Shown: one piece after another, positions 16,571-19,224 of the stretch
How positions within the stretch are numbered: position 1 is the stretch's first letter
Layout: every line of letters begins with the position of its first letter
Source: Candidatus Thermofontivivens primus
GTDB lineage: Bacteria > Sysuimicrobiota > Sysuimicrobiia > Sysuimicrobiales > Thermofontiviventaceae
Length of the DNA stretch: 19,224 nt
Assembly: GCA_031458695.1 (NCBI GenBank)
Contig: JAVKJW010000040.1
Location: forward strand, 1-19,224
Reading direction: 5' to 3'
Translations under genes and position numbers: made by a program
The notes under the pieces: generated by a model
Told to the model about the DNA's origin: nothing
Databases searched by the model: none
Seen by the model: the letters and a program-made list of their open reading frames with translations, nothing else

Positions 16571-16595
16571 CGGCAGAAGTCTTGGACTTTTGCCG
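16571..16595. repeat. Palindromic element, copy 3: CGGCAGAAGTC-TTG-GACTTTTGCCG
   Basis: 21 of 22 arm positions match copy 1, and the change gives a G-U pair on the plus strand. Starts 7 nt after the transporter stop codon. Confidence 0.7.
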
Positions 16596-16645
16596 ACGGT
16601 CCCTGTGGATGGGTGTACAATGGAGGTGGGAAAGGAAGCCAGCCG

Positions 16646-18097
16646 ATGCTCGAAGATCGTATCTTGAGAGAGCTCGAAGGAATCGTTGGACCAGCACACC
16701 TCCTCGTCCAACCCGAGGATGTGCTGGTCTATGAGCAGGATGGCTACGTCCTCTCCCGATCCCTCCCAGATGCTGTGGTCCTTCCTGGTTCAACTGAGGA
16801 GGTCCGGGCGGTCGTCCGTGTTGCCAGGGAACACAGGGTTCCGGTGGTCCCCCGTGGTGCAGGGACTGGTCTCGCGGGAGGCGCAATCCCGGTAGGAGGA
16901 GGGATCGTCCTCGTCCTCACCCGTATGAACCACATCCTGGAGATCGACCCCCGCGGACGCCTGGCGGTGGTGGAGGCCGGCGTGATTAACGCAGACCTCA
17001 ACGCTGCAGTTGCCCCTTATGACCTCTTCTTCGCCCCTGACCCAGGGAGCCAAGCTGCTTCCACCATCGGAGGCAATATCGCAAACAACGCCGGAGGCCC
17101 TCACTGTCTAGCCTACGGGGTTACGACGAACCATGTCCTCGGAGTCGAAGTTGTTCTGGCGGATGGCAGCGTGGTCTGGCTGGGAGGGAAGACCTTAGAG
17201 AGTCCCGGGTACGATCTCACTGGCCTCCTGGTAGGATCGGAAGGGACGCTTGGGATCGTGACCAAAGCGGTGGTCAGGCTCATGCGGAAGGCGGAGGGTG
17301 CGCGCACGCTCCTCGCCATCTTCCCAGGAGTGGACCAGGCCAGCCAGGCGGTCTCGGATACCATCGCCGCTGGCATCATCCCCACGGCCATGGAGATGCT
17401 CGATGCGATGACCTTGCGGATCGTGGAGGAGGCGGTGCACGCCGGGTATCCCCTCGACGCAGGGGCGGTGCTCCTCATCGAAGTGGAAGCAACTCTCGAG
17501 ATCCTCGATCGCCTCATCGGGCAGATCGAAGGGTTCTGCCGTTCCAACGGGGCACGGGAGATCCGGACTGCTACAAACGAGGGGGAACGGGCGCTCCTGT
17601 GGAAAGGGCGGAAGGAAGCCTTTGGCGCATTGGGCCGGTACATGTCCAGCCTCTACCTCGCCGATACCGTTGTCCCCCGCCACGCGCTTCCTGAGGTGAT
17701 GCGGGAGATTGCCGGAATTGGCGAACGGTACGGGATCCCAATTGCCAACTTCTTCCACGCCGGGGACGGGAACCTTCATCCCACCCTTCTCTTCGACGGC
17801 CGTTCACCGGAGGCGTGGGAGCGGGTGGTTGCTGCGGGGGAAGAGATCATGCGCGTCTGCATTGAGGCAGGGGGAACAATCACCGGGGAGCACGGCGTAG
17901 GGATCGAAAAGCAAGAGTACATGTCCTGGATGTACAGCGAGGCCGATCTCCAGGCGATGAAGAAGGTGAAGGAAGCCTTCGACCCGCACGGGCTTCTGAA
18001 CCCGGGGAAGATCTTCCCAACAGGGAAGAAGGCTGCGCATCTGCTCCAGAAGACCACCACAGGGATCCGGCCAGTATCTGGAGAATTGTGGACATAG
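16646..18097 (+). CDS. FAD-linked 2-hydroxyacid oxidase/dehydrogenase, GlcD-like (copy 1)
   Basis: PRGAGTGLAGGA, APDPGSQ, TIGGNIANNAGG, GYDLTGLLVGSEGTLGIVT, FHAGDGNLHP, GEHGVG, FDP.GLLNPGKIF. Start set at ATG 16646 after GGAAAGGA. Confidence 0.9.
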   Translation: MLEDRILRELEGIVGPAHLLVQPEDVLVYEQDGYVLSRSLPDAVVLPGSTEEVRAVVRVAREHRVPVVPRGAGTGLAGGAIPVGGGIVLVLTRMNHILEIDPRGRLAVVEAGVINADLNAAVAPYDLFFAPDPGSQAASTIGGNIANNAGGPHCLAYGVTTNHVLGVEVVLADGSVVWLGGKTLESPGYDLTGLLVGSEGTLGIVTKAVVRLMRKAEGARTLLAIFPGVDQASQAVSDTIAAGIIPTAMEMLDAMTLRIVEEAVHAGYPLDAGAVLLIEVEATLEILDRLIGQIEGFCRSNGAREIRTATNEGERALLWKGRKEAFGALGRYMSSLYLADTVVPRHALPEVMREIAGIGERYGIPIANFFHAGDGNLHPTLLFDGRSPEAWERVVAAGEEIMRVCIEAGGTITGEHGVGIEKQEYMSWMYSEADLQAMKKVKEAFDPHGLLNPGKIFPTGKKAAHLLQKTTTGIRPVSGELWT

Positions 18098-18123
18098 GGA
18101 GTGGAGCGGGCGAGGTGAGAAAG

Positions 18124-19224
18124 ATGGAGCGGCGGGCGCTGGTGGAGAGATTCGCAGGGATCGTCGGCAGGCAATACGTCCTCGTCCACCCTGAAGACGT
18201 CATCGTCTACGAACAGGATGGCTCCATCTTGACGGCTACCCCGGAGATCGTCGTCCTCCCTGGATCTACCGAGGAGGTGGCTGCCGTCGTCAAGCTAGCG
18301 CGAGAGGCTGGCATGTCTGTCGTTCCAAGGGGATCCGGCACAGGCCTTGCGGGAGGGGCGGTCCCGGTTGAAGGAGGGGTTGTCGTCTCCCTCGCCCGGA
18401 TGAACCGCATCCTGGAGGTGGACCTCAAGAACCGCCTGGCCATCGTCGAACCTGGCGTCATCAACCTCGATGTGACCAAGGCCACCGCTCCCTTTGGGTT
18501 CTTCTATGCCCCGGACCCGAGCAGCCAAGCCGCCTGCTCCCTCGGCGGGAACGTCGCCAACAACTCTGGCGGGCCACATACGCCCCTCTACGGCGTCACC
18601 ACAAACCACGTCCTCGCCGTGGAAGTTGTCCTGGACGACGGGGAAGTGGTCTGGTTGGGCTCCATAGCTCCAGATGCCCCCGGGTACGACCTGGCGGGCC
18701 TCTTCGTCGGCTCGGAGGGGACCCTTGGGATCGTCACCAAGATCGCCATCCGCCTGCTCCCCCAGCGGGAAGCTGTCCGGACGCTCCTGGCGATCTTCGA
18801 CCGCATGGACGACGCCACCCGTGCCGTCACCGAGATCACCGCCGCCGGGATCATCCCGGCGAGCCTGGAGATGATGGACCAGGTAGCCATCCGGGCAGTG
18901 GAGAAAGGCGCTCCCTGCGGCTATCCCCTCGATGCCGAGGCCGTGCTCCTCGTGGAGGTGGAAGGGGTGGCCGAACACGTGGAGAGATCGATGGCGCTGG
19001 TGGAGCAGATCTGCAGGAACTGCCATGCCCGGGAGCTCCGATTGGCCAGGGATGAAGCGGAGCGCCAGCTCCTGTGGAAGGGCCGGAAGGGAGCGTTTGG
19101 GGCCATGGGGGCCCTGGCGCCGAACTACTTCGTCCAGGACGGGGTGGTGCCTCGGAGCCGGCTCCTGGAGATCATGCGCCGCGTGCGGGAGATCGGCGAG
19201 CGCTACGGGGCGCTCGTAGCCAAC
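18124..19224 (+). CDS. FAD-linked 2-hydroxyacid oxidase/dehydrogenase, GlcD-like (copy 2), truncated by window end
   Basis: Not in the ORF track because it has no stop in the window. Manual translation from ATG 18124 after GAGGTGA: MERRALVERFAGIVGRQYVLVHPEDVIVYEQDGS...PRGSGTGLAGGA...APDPSSQAACSLGGNVANNSGG...GSEGTLGIVT...RKGAFGAMG...ALVAN. Colinear with copy 1. Confidence 0.92.
   Translation, partial: MERRALVERFAGIVGRQYVLVHPEDVIVYEQDGSILTATPEIVVLPGSTEEVAAVVKLAREAGMSVVPRGSGTGLAGGAVPVEGGVVVSLARMNRILEVDLKNRLAIVEPGVINLDVTKATAPFGFFYAPDPSSQAACSLGGNVANNSGGPHTPLYGVTTNHVLAVEVVLDDGEVVWLGSIAPDAPGYDLAGLFVGSEGTLGIVTKIAIRLLPQREAVRTLLAIFDRMDDATRAVTEITAAGIIPASLEMMDQVAIRAVEKGAPCGYPLDAEAVLLVEVEGVAEHVERSMALVEQICRNCHARELRLARDEAERQLLWKGRKGAFGAMGALAPNYFVQDGVVPRSRLLEIMRRVREIGERYGALVAN

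Noticed and set aside
15165..16620. Long alternative-frame (467 aa, +) and antisense (459 aa, -) ORFs over the transporter
   Set aside because: Composition typical of off-frame reading of a GC-rich hydrophobic gene; no recognisable domains.

Overview
GC-rich bacterial chromosomal window, densely coding, with no transposase, integrase, CRISPR array, rRNA or tRNA that I can recognise. From the left: (1) about 660 bp of lower-GC non-coding DNA crowded with hairpins and degenerate repeats. (2) A complete minus-strand LIV-type (HAAT) ABC transporter operon, livK-H-M-G-F (5397 to 666). (3) A divergent plus-strand run: SppA protease, YycJ/WalJ-like metallo-beta-lactamase, MOFRL glycerate kinase, glycogen synthase GlgA, AGXT-like class V aminotransferase. 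(4) After an AT-rich gap carrying an IclR-type palindrome, an apparent catabolic module: GabD-family aldehyde dehydrogenase with an altered catalytic loop, IclR regulator, Nramp-like transporter without the DPGN metal motif, and two tandem divergent GlcD-type flavoproteins, the second cut off by the window end and missing from the ORF track. Best candidates for novelty are this module, whose substrate is unknown, and a palindrome (CGGCAAAAGTC-N3-5-GACTTTTGCCG) found three times. Several small ORFs with ribosome-binding sites sit at gene junctions. All protein calls come from motif recognition by eye; no database search was run.
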